Positions 1 through 14,139 of a stretch of DNA of 64,000 bases are shown here, piece by piece; position 1 is the stretch's first letter; every line of letters begins with the position of its first letter. The DNA is from Octopus sinensis (taxonomy: Eukaryota), in the NCBI RefSeq assembly GCF_006345805.1, contig NC_042999.1, positions 30,628,001 through 30,692,000 on the forward strand, given 5' to 3'. A model generated the notes under the pieces. That model had not been told where the DNA came from and ran no database searches. It saw nothing but the letters and a program-made list of their open reading frames with translations. A program made the position numbers and the translations under genes.

Positions 1-639
1 GAATAATAACTAGTGAGGGATTAAATGGGCAGAATGATACGGAAGTATACGAAATAAAAGAAGCAATATTCCCATAGTGCATTTTTGAACTTTCGTGAAC
101 CATGTTCTACTATTTAGAGAATATGTTAATTAAAAAATAGTTTGAATTAGCAGGAAAGCGGGTGTGTGTACTCCGCTGGACTTTGCAATGTCAAGCCATA
201 ATTAAGACGTTGTATGATAATGGAGCTATCGGTGAATTGTATATTTTCTTTACGTTACTATCAAGTTACTTTTATTTTATTTTATCTTACTTTGTAAATT
301 TTTTAAAGTTACCATTCGTATCACTTGGAAATTTTGCACTTCGCAATTGGATCTATAGCTTTTATTCGAAATTATCTTTTCGTCATTGCCTCCATGTTTA
401 ATAATTTTTATTCGTGTATATTTTCCTTGTCATCCCTTTTATTTTTCCCTATATATTTTTATTCGTATATATTTTTTCTTGCCATTCCTTTCATTATTAT
501 TCACATTATTTTCATATTTTTTATATATTACTGACATAGTTTTTGTAAATTTAATTTTATTTGAAACACTATATATTACTAACATAGTTTTTGTAAAATG
601 TTTGTATATTTTTTTAACTTTTTTATTCCTTACTTTATT

Positions 640-1045
640 TGTGTAAATTTTATTACAATTTTTATCTGAATTATGGCTTGTACTGCAGGGTACAGCAAAA
701 CGAATTTAAAAATACTTATTTTACACTTACTAAAGGGCTTTAAAACATTAAAATATAGTTTATTGTATTGAACGTTGATATAGTGATATAAGGGCCTGAT
801 GATTGGGGTGGCATGTTAAGAAGGGTTCCCGGAAAACACGGAGTGGTTTAGGAAACCGAGGATGTACCTCATGAAACACGCATTGCAAAGTAATAAAACA
901 GTAGGTATTTAAAAAAAACATAAATAATTATTTTTCTATGGTGAGATGTAGGGATCTACTATCTCTAAATTAAAATATATTTCTTCATTGAGAATAATTT
1001 GAATCTCTGCTATGCCGGAATTTTTATTCCCTAAAAAATAATATT

Positions 1046-1048
<3 letters not shown>
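640..1048 (+). mobile_element. Short (TA)n-abutting repeat, probably a Penelope-type 3' end (family B), with hammerhead-like core
   Basis: Homologous by eye to 36510-36900 (minus) and 36905-37045 (plus): shared cctgatgattgggg...cctcatgaaaca, ctatctctaa and gaatc...tttttattccctaa immediately before (TA)n. Left boundary approximate. Confidence 0.5.
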
Positions 1049-1082
<34 letters not shown>

Positions 1083-1103
1083 ATATATATATATTATATA
1101 TAT

Positions 1104-1137
<34 letters not shown>

Positions 1138-1374
1138 TTCGCAAGGAGAACTACAGCGATGCGTTGTAACATAGCTTGTTCAGTTAATGACCCTTGTAAA
1201 GTAGTTTATACAAAATAAATAATTAGCTGTTCACCATACTCTTTACAAAGAAGTGTGTGTGCTGCACAGCTAATCCGCTCGTTTAAATCTGCAGGTCATC
1301 AAGTGTTATAGTTTATGTCGCTAATTATATTCGTTTGCACTCTAGGAACAAGGCCCGATATTTATGAAGAGGAG

Positions 1375-1495
1375 GCCAGTCGATAAGATCGACTCCAGTA
1401 TGCAAATGGTATTTAATTTATCGACCACAAAATAATGACAGGCAAGTCGACCTCGGCAGATTTTGAAGTCTGAACGTAGCGGCAGACGACATGCC
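1375..1495 (-). mobile_element. SINE family 1 (OR1/OR2-like, CORE-type), partial degenerate copy
   Basis: Matches the central part (gtcgacctcggc, ttaatttatcgacc) of the copies at 3558 and 53164. Confidence 0.75.
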
Positions 1496-1709
1496 TATTT
1501 TTTACTAACCACAAGGGGCTAAACACAGAGAGGATAATCAATGCCAGACAAACGGATTAAGTCGATTATATCGACCCCAGTGCGTAACTGGTACTTATTT
1601 AATCGACCCCGAAAAAATGAAAGGCAAAGTCGACCTCAGAACGTAGCAGCAGACGAAATACCACTAAGCATTTTGCCCGGCGTGCTAACGATTCTGCCAG
1701 CTCACTGCC
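1496..1709 (-). mobile_element. SINE family 1 (OR1/OR2-like tRNA-derived SINE), near full length
   Basis: Reverse complement of the GGCGGCGAGCTGGCAGAA...GTGGGTAGTAAAGAAATA consensus seen at 53164 and 53738; small internal deletion near the B box. Confidence 0.9.
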
Positions 1710-2333
1710 TTGAGAGATGCATCTTATATAAATTTTTCTGAGGGATTTTTACCCCAGAACAGTTGAAAGAGGATGTATCTCTCATATCCTGTGGAAATTA
1801 CTCCTGGAAATGACATTTTTTTACCATACGCTGTAATCCCATTACTTATGGATATCACCTTGGAATTTTGACGTGTTTACCATTCCTTAATTCTTTTATG
1901 TTATTTTACTTTATTATTTTACCTTACTTCCTCACATGTTACATTCCTAACATTATGGTCTCTCTGACGACGCTTTGGGGCGCAATCATTGTCCAACCCC
2001 TGTGCAATGTATGTTTAACATTTTATACCATCCCTGTGTATTACTGGTATGACGAGGTAATCTTGGCAAATTGGGCATCCCCATAGTAGAAACAGCCGTT
2101 AGAGTTTAGTATTTTTCATTCTTTTTCATTATACATTTCTTTATTTTTATTTATCTCTTTATCTACTTGTTTATTTGTTTACTTCATTTTTTAATTTGAT
2201 TATTTATACATATGATTGTAATTAATTATTAGTTTAAAATGAATGTTTACAGGCTGTTATTTATCGATTGGTTATCCTCATCATTCTCTTATTTGTCTTA
2301 TGAATTCTAGGTAAATTATATATATATAAACGA

Positions 2334-2518
2334 TTGGAGCACCGACTTTGTCGAAGAAATCGACGCCAAGACTTATTCTATCGGGTGTTATTCCAAACCG
2401 TTAAGTTTAAAGAACATAAACACGTCAACAATGATTGTCAATGATGGCGGGGGAACAAACACAGACACGCACATGCGCAGACACAGACACAGACACACAC
2501 ACACACACACACAACACA

Positions 2519-2595
<77 letters not shown>

Positions 2596-2799
2596 TATAT
2601 ATATATATATTAAATATATATATATATATATATATATAAGCTTTTTTTCTTTCTGTTCCAGGTACCGAATCCGCTCACAAGGCTTTGGTCGGCCCCTGGT
2701 TATAGTAGGAGACACCTGCCCAAGCTGCTTCGCAATGGGTCTGAACCCGGATGCGTATGGTTGTGCAGGGAGCTTGTTACCACACAGCCACAACGGCGC
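2334..2799 (-). mobile_element. SINE family 2 (OK-like), with expanded internal (CA)n/(TA)n
   Basis: tRNA-like head (TGGCTGTGTGG A box, GGTTCAGACC B box) at about 2660-2799; tail ending near GGTGCTCCAA at 2334; microsatellite between. Confidence 0.85.
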
Positions 2800-3156
2800 T
2801 TCCACATAGTTACTACACAATTTCAATGAAAACACTCGGGGCAACTCGTATATGAAGAAAACACTGAATGTACATAACAATAGAATTGAAAAAAGAATTT
2901 GTATTAGTAATTTTCCAGTATTCGAAGATAATTGCGGCTTTCATAATCGTGTGCCAACTTCTCTGGCAATATAGTTTGCATGCAACAGAAAGATGACAAT
3001 ATGGTGTTAACGTATTTAATATAATTGATGTTTTCACACCTGCTAGTATACAAAATTGTAATTCTAATTAGCAATGATTTTATAAAATCAACACCTTGGT
3101 AACTATGACGAAATGTACTTATTGCTAGGGAAGCCTAAGGCACCGTGAATATGTCT

Positions 3157-3942
<786 letters not shown>

Positions 3943-4615
3943 GCGGGTAGAAAGTAGTCATACATCTATTGATATTTTTGTTTCATAGTATATTTCTTTC
4001 AGATATGATTGGAATTTATAATTACAATTCTATTCTTCACTATATAAGATTATTAATCCTCAAATTTATTAAATATGTGAAAGCTAATTTCACTATGCAT
4101 TTTTCACACCATTTGTGCGTCTGCGTAATTAAATCTAGAGATTTGTTTGCAACACCTATTCACATGAAATCATATGAAGGACCACCTATAAATCATTATT
4201 TCTTCATTTCAGTTCGCCCATCCTTAAAACTCTCAATATTCACATCAGAAACTATTAACTTAAACAATATTACAGACTATGATATTAGTTAGTTCTCCCA
4301 TCATTTCAAAACGAGAATACTTTCTATTTTACTGTATTTCTATAAACCATACGAACTGAATTTACAATGACATTTGTTTCTTTATTTTGTTTCCTTGTAG
4401 TTTGTATGTTTTCACTCGTTTTGTATTTTATATCTTATGAATTTTCAACTTGTTAATTCTTATTTAAATTTCATGTTTTCAGATTTATATATTTTCACCA
4501 ACCTATTTTCAAAGTCATAGTTATTTTTTACATAATCTACTTCGATTTATTTATTATACGTTTTATTTTTATTTATAAAGATTTATATAGAACACTATCC
4601 CTTACTACTCTTACG

Positions 4616-4678
<63 letters not shown>

Positions 4679-5189
4679 ATATGATATATATGTATGTATG
4701 TATATATATATATATATGTATGTATGTATTAATGCCTTCAGTTTTTATATTCTTGCTATATGTTTTCTCTTGCATTACATCCTGATTTCTCATGAAAGAA
4801 TATTGTCAGCTGAAAGTGAGGAGATTTTATTCATCCTTACGTTTTTGTATTTCTGAATATTTTTATTTTATATTCATTCGCTTTAGTCTTCATTTGTTTA
4901 AACTTGCAATGAAACATTATATATTTATGTATTGGTGCTTTTGTATTATTTTATTTACGAATACACACTCACACACACACACACACAAACATATTCGCAC
5001 GCACTCACAAATATATATGTATATTTATTTATATATTTACATGTAAGTATGTGCGTGTACTGAAAAAAATGAACGTATGAGAAGAGGAAGAACGAAAGGA
5101 AAATTACATATATGCAAATATACATAACTTGTATATATTTATGTTTATATACATACTATATGTTTATATGTCAATTTATCTATTTCTCT

Positions 5190-5298
5190 ATATATGAATA
5201 TGTATGTATGTAAATATAAATATTGTATATATATATGTGTGGTATATATATATAGATATATATATAGATATATATATATATATATATTATATATAGAT

Positions 5299-5338
<40 letters not shown>

Positions 5339-5528
5339 TATTTATATATAGGATATATATATATATATAGATTTATTTATATATAGGTATATATATATAC
5401 ATATATATATATAGATATATATATATAGTATATATATATATATAGTATAATATATATAGGTATATATAGGTATATAGATATACAGATATAATATATATAG
5501 TATTATATATATAGATATAGTATATATA

Positions 5529-5563
<35 letters not shown>

Positions 5564-5828
5564 ATATATATAGATATATATATATTTATATATATATATA
5601 TATATTATATATATATATATATTTAATATAGATATTATATATATATATATATGTATATATAATATCTATATATAGTAGATATAGATAGAATATATATATA
5701 TATAATATATATATATATTTTATATAGATAATATATATATATATATATATATATTATAGATATATATAAATTATATATATTTTATATATATAGATATATA
5801 TATAATATATATATTTATATATAGATAT

Positions 5829-5860
<32 letters not shown>

Positions 5861-5873
5861 GATATATATATAT

Positions 5874-5914
<41 letters not shown>

Positions 5915-5982
5915 CACAAACATATACACGCACACGAGTAGATACAAACATAAACATGCATACATATATATATACATACAAT

Positions 5983-6073
<91 letters not shown>

Positions 6074-6080
6074 TAATAGA
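5190..6080. repeat. Very long degenerate (TA)n tract (about 0.9 kb) with a short non-TA interruption at about 5910-5970
   Basis: Direct reading. Confidence 0.95.
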
Positions 6081-7673
6081 TATTTATATATGCATGTTGT
6101 ATGTACCAAAATTAATAATAGATTGATATAACAACCGCACACGCTTACAGAAATCAGTGCGTACGTGACTGCCTGTGTGTTTGTTTGTGCCTGTGGTTTT
6201 GTTTGGGCATTTTTTTCATATTTTTTATACATTCACATTCCCAAGTAGCTATAAACTACTTCCTACCTGAAAATAACTTTAAAATCATTCTTAGATGTAA
6301 TCCGGTTTCTTTTAATTTTTGTTTGAAATTTTACTGTTTTCTGAATTTTCACTGCAAATTTCAAATTAAGATTTCTTTCAAAGTTACTCGTAATTTTCTA
6401 TGGGTAAATATTCAACCGAGAGAATCAGCCATGATATATATATTAATGATATAAATTAACATCGACTTCTCTAGCATAGGACAGAATTATCTTTCAATCA
6501 GTTAATTCCTTGTTCTGTTCTCTGTTCCAAGTTAAAAGGTTTTTTCTCTTCATTTATTGAAACTTCATTGTAAATAATGATATAAGCGATATAAGTGAGA
6601 TATAAGCGACGGATCCTAGGAGTATCACCCTTGAAAATGAAGGTATACCGCTGAAGATCAACGTCCATATATTAGAGGCATACATTTTAGTAATGTTTTG
6701 CTCAGGACCTGTTATTGCTACCTTTCTTCAGAATCGTAAACATGACCTCACAATCATGAGAACAAGAAATTAACCATCAGATCACAGCACCTTCATATGT
6801 CTCACGTATGCATGTAAAAGTACCGTTTATTGCTATTGTTTTCTTAAGAAGAAATATATACTAATTGAATAATTTTAGCTACTGAATTTAATTTCAGCTA
6901 AGTCAATACCTACTATATTTAGATGACCTGCATTTTGGTTACGTAAAAAGAATGGAATATATTTTGCCAGAAGTTACGATAGTGAAATCTAATAATTTCG
7001 TAAATACAAGCACCTAGTTTTATAGCAACTTTCAGTGATAGTATCACTAGCGAACATCTCTGCAATGCAGTATACCTAGTAAAATGTACGAAATCAAACG
7101 GGATGTTTTTGGTATCCGATTGGTGGGCTTCCTATATTAACTAATCAAATATATTAGGATGTTATTAAGTATACATTAAACTTTGCTCATACAAAAACGA
7201 GAGCTATAGACTTTCGAAGGGTGGCAGTCGCTCGAAAAGCTGAAACTCAGGTGATAATAGTGGACAAACGTTGCTTTACGTCATTACGCTCATATGTGAC
7301 AAAATAGGTTGCGAGACCTTAAAAAATTATATGTAGATAAATGCACAGTTGAAAAATTTGGCGAATGTTCCTTCAATCGCAGCCTGATATTTTACAAATA
7401 ATACATTGTCCAATGTTGTTCGATAGTCTCGATAGACAAAACGGTGGGATGCTGTCAGTGTAAGGCTTGACTATAAAGTTGAAATAGTTATATATATATA
7501 TAATATATATATATATATATTATATATATATATTGTGTCTGTGGTGTGGTGTTGGGTGTGTTGGTGTGTGTGTGGTGTGTGGTGTGTGTGTGTATACTCT
7601 AAAGAGTGAACCGGTAAAGTAAATAAACATCTTTTAAAATTGCATTTTCAAACTTCTTTCGTATATATAATAT

Positions 7674-7749
<76 letters not shown>

Positions 7750-7751
7750 CC

Positions 7752-7783
<32 letters not shown>

Positions 7784-7804
7784 ATATATATAGATATATA
7801 TACA

Positions 7805-7835
<31 letters not shown>

Positions 7836-8427
7836 CGAAAATTACACAGAAAAATTTGAAGTGCTCCACAATTATTGTTTTATATGCATATTTTTGTTTA
7901 ATTGAAAGAAGTTTAACTTTTTAAAATAAGACTAATATAAAGTTTTCCTATGATTTCATGAGTCTAAAGATATAACTAAAAAGATTCGTTTTCACAGAAT
8001 GTTTTCATAGAAAGGCTCACCGAAAACTATATTCGTATATGTATTTTTAATATGAGTCTCACATATATAATTTCTGTCAAAATAGATAATATAAGTGTGT
8101 ACCATGTAACAAGGAAGAAAAAAAATAAGAAGTGACATGGATTTAACTTTTTGTGTTTTGCAGATATATATATATTTTTTGGTTCTAGTATAGGAAAGAA
8201 TCATATTTAACTAATGCGGAACCGGTTTCGCTGAATCCAAATTTTATGTAAATTTCCATTTTATTTTTTTAAATATTCAAACCACGTATGTATATATAAC
8301 GTATATATATAATATATATATATATATATAACGGGAAGCTTTATGAAAATAAACAAAAGACGAAGGCAGGTGGAAGACAAACGAACAATTGTATTAGTAT
8401 GGCGCTCAGGAAATATAAATAAAACAA

Positions 8428-8468
8428 GTCTTTAACGTTTCGAGCCTACGCTCTTCAACAGAAAGATA
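8428..8468 (-). ncRNA. Minimal type-I hammerhead-like motif in the PLE 3' end
   Basis: UCUUU-CUGUUGA-A-GAGC(GUAG)GCUC-GAA-ACGU-U-AAAGA: stem I 5 bp, stem II 4 bp, palindromic ACGU stem III. Deviates at A6 (U). Confidence 0.65.
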
Positions 8469-9322
8469 CACAGAGAGAGAAAAACACAGAAAGAAGGAGA
8501 GAAAAAAAAAATGCGTGCAGTAGCTAACGAATCAACATGGCGATCTGATTTCGGCCAGAGGTCAAGATCAAACATGAGACGCGAGAGCGAAATAAGGGGA
8601 GATAATAGGTTGATAAAAGGGTTGAGTGGACCAGCTAAAAGTGCGTGGGAGGGGTCTGGATGTGTGTATGTATAGGGTTGGTGTATGTATTAGTATGTAT
8701 ACGGGTGTTTGTGTGGTGTGGTGTGTATGAGAGAGTATTAGTGCGTAAGATTGGTCTGGACGTGCGTATGTATGGGGTTGGTGTATGTATTAGTATGTAT
8801 TAGTATGTATTAGTACGTATTGGTATGTATAGGTGTGTGTGTGTGTGGAGAGAGATAAGTGCGTATGCGGGGTCTGGACGTGTGTATGTATAGGTTGGTG
8901 TAAGTATTAGTATGTACTAGTATGTATTAGTACGTATTAGTATGTATTAGTTGGTGTGTGTATTAGTATGGCACATCATATGTGATGTGATGTGTAAAGT
9001 CATGTGGTGTAGTGAGGAGAAGAGGGGGAGGGGGAGAAGAGGGGGGAGAGAAGGGGAGGGGAAGAAGAGGGGAGGAGAAGGGGGAAGAGGAGACGATGGG
9101 GGAGAAGGAAGGTGAGGAGGGGGATGAAGGAGGAAAGAGGAAGAGGGGGAGAGAGAGAGGGGAGAGAGGGAGCAGAGGGAAGGGGAAAAGGGAGGGAGAA
9201 AGAGGGAGAAGGGAAGGGGAGTAGGGGTGAAAGGATGAAGGACTGAAGAAGTAGGGGTCGGGGGGAGAAGGAAGGATAGGTGAGGAGGGGGGAGGGGGTT
9301 AGATGAGGAGGGGGGGAGAGTT

Positions 9323-9754
9323 GAGACCAAATGGCGTATAAGAGCGAAGAGAGAAGATTAATTCCCGTTCACGGCGCAAACGGGAATCCGGATGGCCTCT
9401 GTGTAAGGACTAACCGAACACAGATAGGTGTTGCAAGGAGTGACCGGTGGAGCGGAAATGGCGTGAGACCGGTGTGTCGTTCGCAAGGTGGATGTCACGA
9501 AGGTGTTCCGCGAACCGGTCAGCCAAGCGGCGTCCCGTTTGTCCGATGTACAAGGAATTGCAGAGAGAGCAAGAGATGCAATAGATAATATTGCTGGAGG
9601 TGCAGGTGAAGGAGTGGATGATGTGATAGGGTCGATGGTGGGTGCTAGTGAGGCGGGTGGTGTTGGAGAGGTAAGGGCAAGTGCGGCAACGTGGGCGGGA
9701 GCAGGGGAACGAGCCGGGTTGGGATGTAGGGTCAGGGAAGGAGCTATGGACCAA
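9323..9754 (-). pseudogene. GIY-YIG endonuclease with Cys-rich linker (Neptune-type)
   Basis: ORF 9410-9754, plus a frameshifted C-terminus ending PFGLN near 9323. Confidence 0.92.
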
Positions 9755-10029
9755 AGGTCTCGAAGGTTGTGGGCTCGTTTGAAAGAGGGGAGGGGTCGGT
9801 TAGGGAAGAGGTGTGAAGTGGACGGGTCGGACTGGAGATGACGGAAAGCTCGAAGAATGGTGCGTTGGAGACGTAGGGTCGTGGGGTGGTAAGTGAGGGG
9901 AAAAGGGAGGGGGAGGAGACTACAGGGCGGGTTCGGGGAGAGAGAGCAGATACACGGTCCACGGACCGTGCTCTGGCAAGGGCGGTGTGGATAGTGGTGA
10001 GGGGGTATCCACGTAGGGTGAAGTGGTGA

Positions 10030-11234
10030 GCCATACGTTGAGACTGAGTCTCAAAGTCATGGTCGTCACTACAGAGCCTACGTAGACGGAGGAATTGGGA
10101 ATAGGGGATGGAAAGCTTGGTGTGTTCTGGGTAGGAGGAGAGAAGAGAAGTTGAGGTATGAGTGTGTGAGTCTGTGTGTTGTAGTGAATGGAGGTGGTAA
10201 GAGTGGAGTGAAGAATGCTAACCGAAATGTCGAGGAAGGAGACAGAGGTGTTGGAGATAGTGGAAGTGAAGTGGAGGGCTGGATGGAAAGATTGGACGAA
10301 AGAGAGGAAGGAATCTAGATGTTCGCGGGAGAGTGAGGTGGCACCGATAATGTCGTCAATATAACGACCATATAGTTCAGGAGTTGGACCAGTGAAATTA
10401 GAGAAATTTGGGCCTCAACATAGCCAACGAACAGGTTCGCATAGTTGGGGCCCATTCGCGTTCCCATGGCCACTCCCGAGACCTGATGGTAGAACTCGCC
10501 CGCGAACGAGAAGCAGTTCAGAGTAAGGACAAGTTCGGCCAGACGAATGAGTGTGGAGGTGTCAGGTACAGGGTTAGAGCGGAGGTCAAGAAAGTGTCGA
10601 AGGGCCTGCAGTCCTTCGTGGTGAGGGATAACAGTATAGAGGCTTTGGATGTCCATAGTAAAAGGATTTGGAGGAGCCGAGGGGAGGAAAGGAGAAAGAG
10701 TTGAAAAGCCGGAGAGCATGGTTGGTATCGTGGAGTGGGAGGGAAGAGATGCCACTAGGGGGGCAAGGACACGGTCGAGGTATTTAGAGATGAGCTCCGT
10801 GGGGCAGTTACAGGCAGAGACGATGGGGCGGCCAGGGTTGTTGGGTTTGTGGATTTTGGGGAGGAAGTAAATGGTGGGGGTACGTGGGGTTCGCACAATT
10901 AGGTTGGATGCGGTGCGGGGGAGACGGGAGGACGAGATGAGGTCTTGGACAGTAGAGGATACCGTCTGTTGGTAGCTACGTGTGGGGTTAGAGGGCAGAG
11001 GGGAATAGAAGGAGGTGTCATTGAGTGGCGGCGGAAAGCATCGGCCCTATAGAGGTCCGCGCGCCACACCACTACAGCTCCACCCTTGTCAGCCGGTTTG
11101 ATGATAATGTCAGCGCGCCGTTGGAGGGAACGAAGAGCCAAGAGCTCAGCCGGGGAGATGTTGAGGCGGTGTTGGCGCCTGGAGAAGTTGAACCGCTCCA
11201 ATGCACGCTGACAAGCGCCCGCGAAAAGATCCAC
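10030..11234 (-). pseudogene. Penelope-type reverse transcriptase domain, split across frames
   Basis: ORFs 10899-11234 and 10315-10896 plus GRYIDDII in a third frame. Confidence 0.92.
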
Positions 11235-12753
11235 TGCTAGGATCTGGCCAGGGGCAGGCGTCCACGGGGATGGTCGGCGGCCCAGGCCAGTGAAGCAGTC
11301 GTCCTCTTCGTGGGGTGTGGGTGGCGAGAGTCGTGGTTAATGCGCACCCAACCGGACACGGCGCACAAAGCTGTGGACATCAACTCGCGTCTGGAATTCC
11401 TTACAGGATGGAGTGAGGGGATGAAACGCAGACCCCTACCAAGACGGAGCGTTCAGCCGCAGAGAGGGGAAGATCGGGGGGAATGGTAACAACAGACGGA
11501 AGTGGAGAAGGGGTGGGTGGAATAGAAGTAGGAGGGGTGGTAGGTCTCGTGGAGGTCTGAGGGGGAGGGTTTGGGGAGGGGGTGGGGGTGGTTGGGCGGG
11601 GCAGTAGGGTTAGGTGTAGGTGGATGGAGCCTAACGGGAGGGGAGAAGGGGTTGTAGGGAAGGGCAGTGGGGTTAGGTGTGGGTAGATGGAGCCTATCGG
11701 GAGGGGAGAAGGGTGGTGGAGGAGTTGGGGTAGTGGCGTCGGGTAGGGTGGAATGGAAGGGTGATTGGAGTTTACGAAGTTTGGTATCAGAAAGAAATTG
11801 ATGGAAGAGTTGATTCAAATGGATAATGAAGCGTAGCGTGTTTGGAGCATAGAGAGGCGGCAGAGAGGAGAAGAAGGTGGAGAAAGCAGGAGGAAGAAGG
11901 CGGTTGATGGCATGTAGTTTGGAGAGATTGGAGCGAATGGTGGCCCGCATAAGGCGGTAAGATGTGGTGCGGAGTATGGGTAAGATGGAAGAATCCGAGT
12001 GACGTACAAACACGTATATATTTATAAATACTCACACACTCTCAGGCACAGGCACACACATACAAACAGTAACACACACATATACATACACTCAGACTTA
12101 CATATAAACACATATGCTGACATCCACGCACAACACATATATACACATATCTATTTATGCATTTATATTTTTTATACAAATATGTATATACACATATGCA
12201 TACACTTAGAAATGTGCATGTGTGTGTGTCCTGTTTTATTCATTCACTCACATATACACACACGTCCACGCATGTACATAATCAGTTTTATGGTGTACTT
12301 TGTTATACTTATTTCTTTCATTTCTGTAAATATTAATATTGGTACTTTTAACACTCAAACCGTATAAAAATATAACTTTATTATTATTTACAGAATTGTA
12401 AAACTCGATACCACATCACAACAACCATTCTTTCATTCCAGTTAATCTTCCGCCTAATATTTTAGGGTCTTCACCATCATGAAAGTAAGGCCTTTCCGAA
12501 AATTGTACTATATTGTGAAACCCTGAAATGCGAAAGTAATGTTCACATCAGATCGCATATCAGAAAATGAGACTGTGTTCTGACAAATTTTTCAAGTAAG
12601 AAATACAAGGAACAGCTAATTGTGTGTATGAAAATAATTTTGAAGCTAACGAAGCATCATATATATACACACACAACACACCACACACACACACACACAC
12701 ACACCACACAACACACACACACACACACACACCACACACATATTATATATATA

Positions 12754-12835
<82 letters not shown>

Positions 12836-14139
12836 TATACACCTGAAGTATCTGAAGAGAAAGGCACAAATAAGAATCATAATAGGGTATATTCCAACAG
12901 AAAAAAAGCTTTACTATGTCAGAGGCGTTGATGCTCATATGAGGAACAACGAAATGATGAACAATGAACTCATCCAAAAATGTTTGATGTATTTTGGTGT
13001 GCTATTTCCTTGTATAGCTCAGCTAGAAAGCCATCTAACAGTGAACTCCACTTACAACAGTCATGCTACATTTAAGATCAGTATTATCTGACAAAACTTA
13101 TAGGCCTTACTTTATAAGTGCCAGCGCTTTTGTAATCTTCTTCGGTATTATTTTCACCAGAGTCATTGAAAAGTGTTCTTTATGGTCCACTAGCAACTGA
13201 ACCACATCATCCTTTAAGATTTGTTCAAGACTTCCATCATTTGCAATTGCCACATTTTCCAAAGTTGATGTAGTCTTTCTAATTGTGAATAACATTACGT
13301 AGCTTAGTGCATTATCTTATAGAAGCCATGTTGCACTGGATATATTATGTCTGTCATCGAGATTTTATACTACCGCAGAAAAGAAACATTGTAATCCACT
13401 CTTACGAAAGACCTTCAGTTATTCTTTGACTTATAATTCGAACGCAAAATCACAAGTAATTTATACTATGTATGACTTTTCTGGATAATAATCAACTAGT
13501 GGTAGTAATTTCAAATCACAAACGGTATTTGTTCTTAAACGAAGCATCAGGCAATCTTTGGAGTCTTCTCGTCGGGAAATAAAAAATCTAAAAGAACATC
13601 TAGCGGGCATAAGCTACCAGACAAATAAAATTTTAACATTATCTGCTTGTTTGGCTGTTTCCATTCTCTGATGCTTTCCCAGCTGCTCAGGATAGTTAAT
13701 AGTGACATTTGTTTTAGCATTACCAGTTACACTAGCCATACATATGATGTGCAACATTAAGACCATTATATACCTTTCAAACCAGCCTTTACTAGCCAGA
13801 AAATAATTTTGATTACAAGTTCCACCTTCCTAATTTAAAAAAAAAGCTCTTTTTTACAAGCGCCATAAAACACTTTTTTGACATTCTTAATTACCATCGT
13901 ATTTCTAGGAACATGACATCATGCTTTACTTAGATGCATACATGCGAGAACCATTGCATTTAAATCATTAGACAAGATCTATATTTCAGAGTCTTCAACA
14001 TTTTTACCACCTAGCAGTTGAGTCTTTAACGTTTATGCACTATTTTATTTCTTTTTGCCAATTATGTTGACACTGCAGAAATTACAAGAATGAATAACAA
14101 GATATGTCAAACATTGCACGAACTCCTATTTCTGTAAGC

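Larger units (their letters stand above)
8331..12001 (-). mobile_element. Penelope-like retroelement, Neptune-type (RT + GIY-YIG), 5'-truncated, frameshifted
   Basis: Motifs in order on minus: ERSVLGRGLRFIP; IIIKPADKGGAVVV; YFLPKIHKPNNPGRPIVSACNCPTE; MDIQSLYTVIP; GVAMGTRMGPNYANLF; YIDD at 10352-10363; CSRPRCRTC linker; IYCISCSLCNSLYIGQTGRR...FAEH; RLRRERELIFSLRSYTPFGLN. The 3' end abuts (TA)n at 8331. Confidence 0.95.

Noticed and set aside
7405-7460. GTCT-CGAT-AGAC stem followed by AAAAC before a (TA)n end
   Set aside because: Needs several substitutions to become a hammerhead; too degenerate.
8645-8965. CRISPR-like repeat-spacer array
   Set aside because: Eukaryotic context, units are degenerate tandem copies without unique spacers, and there are no cas genes.
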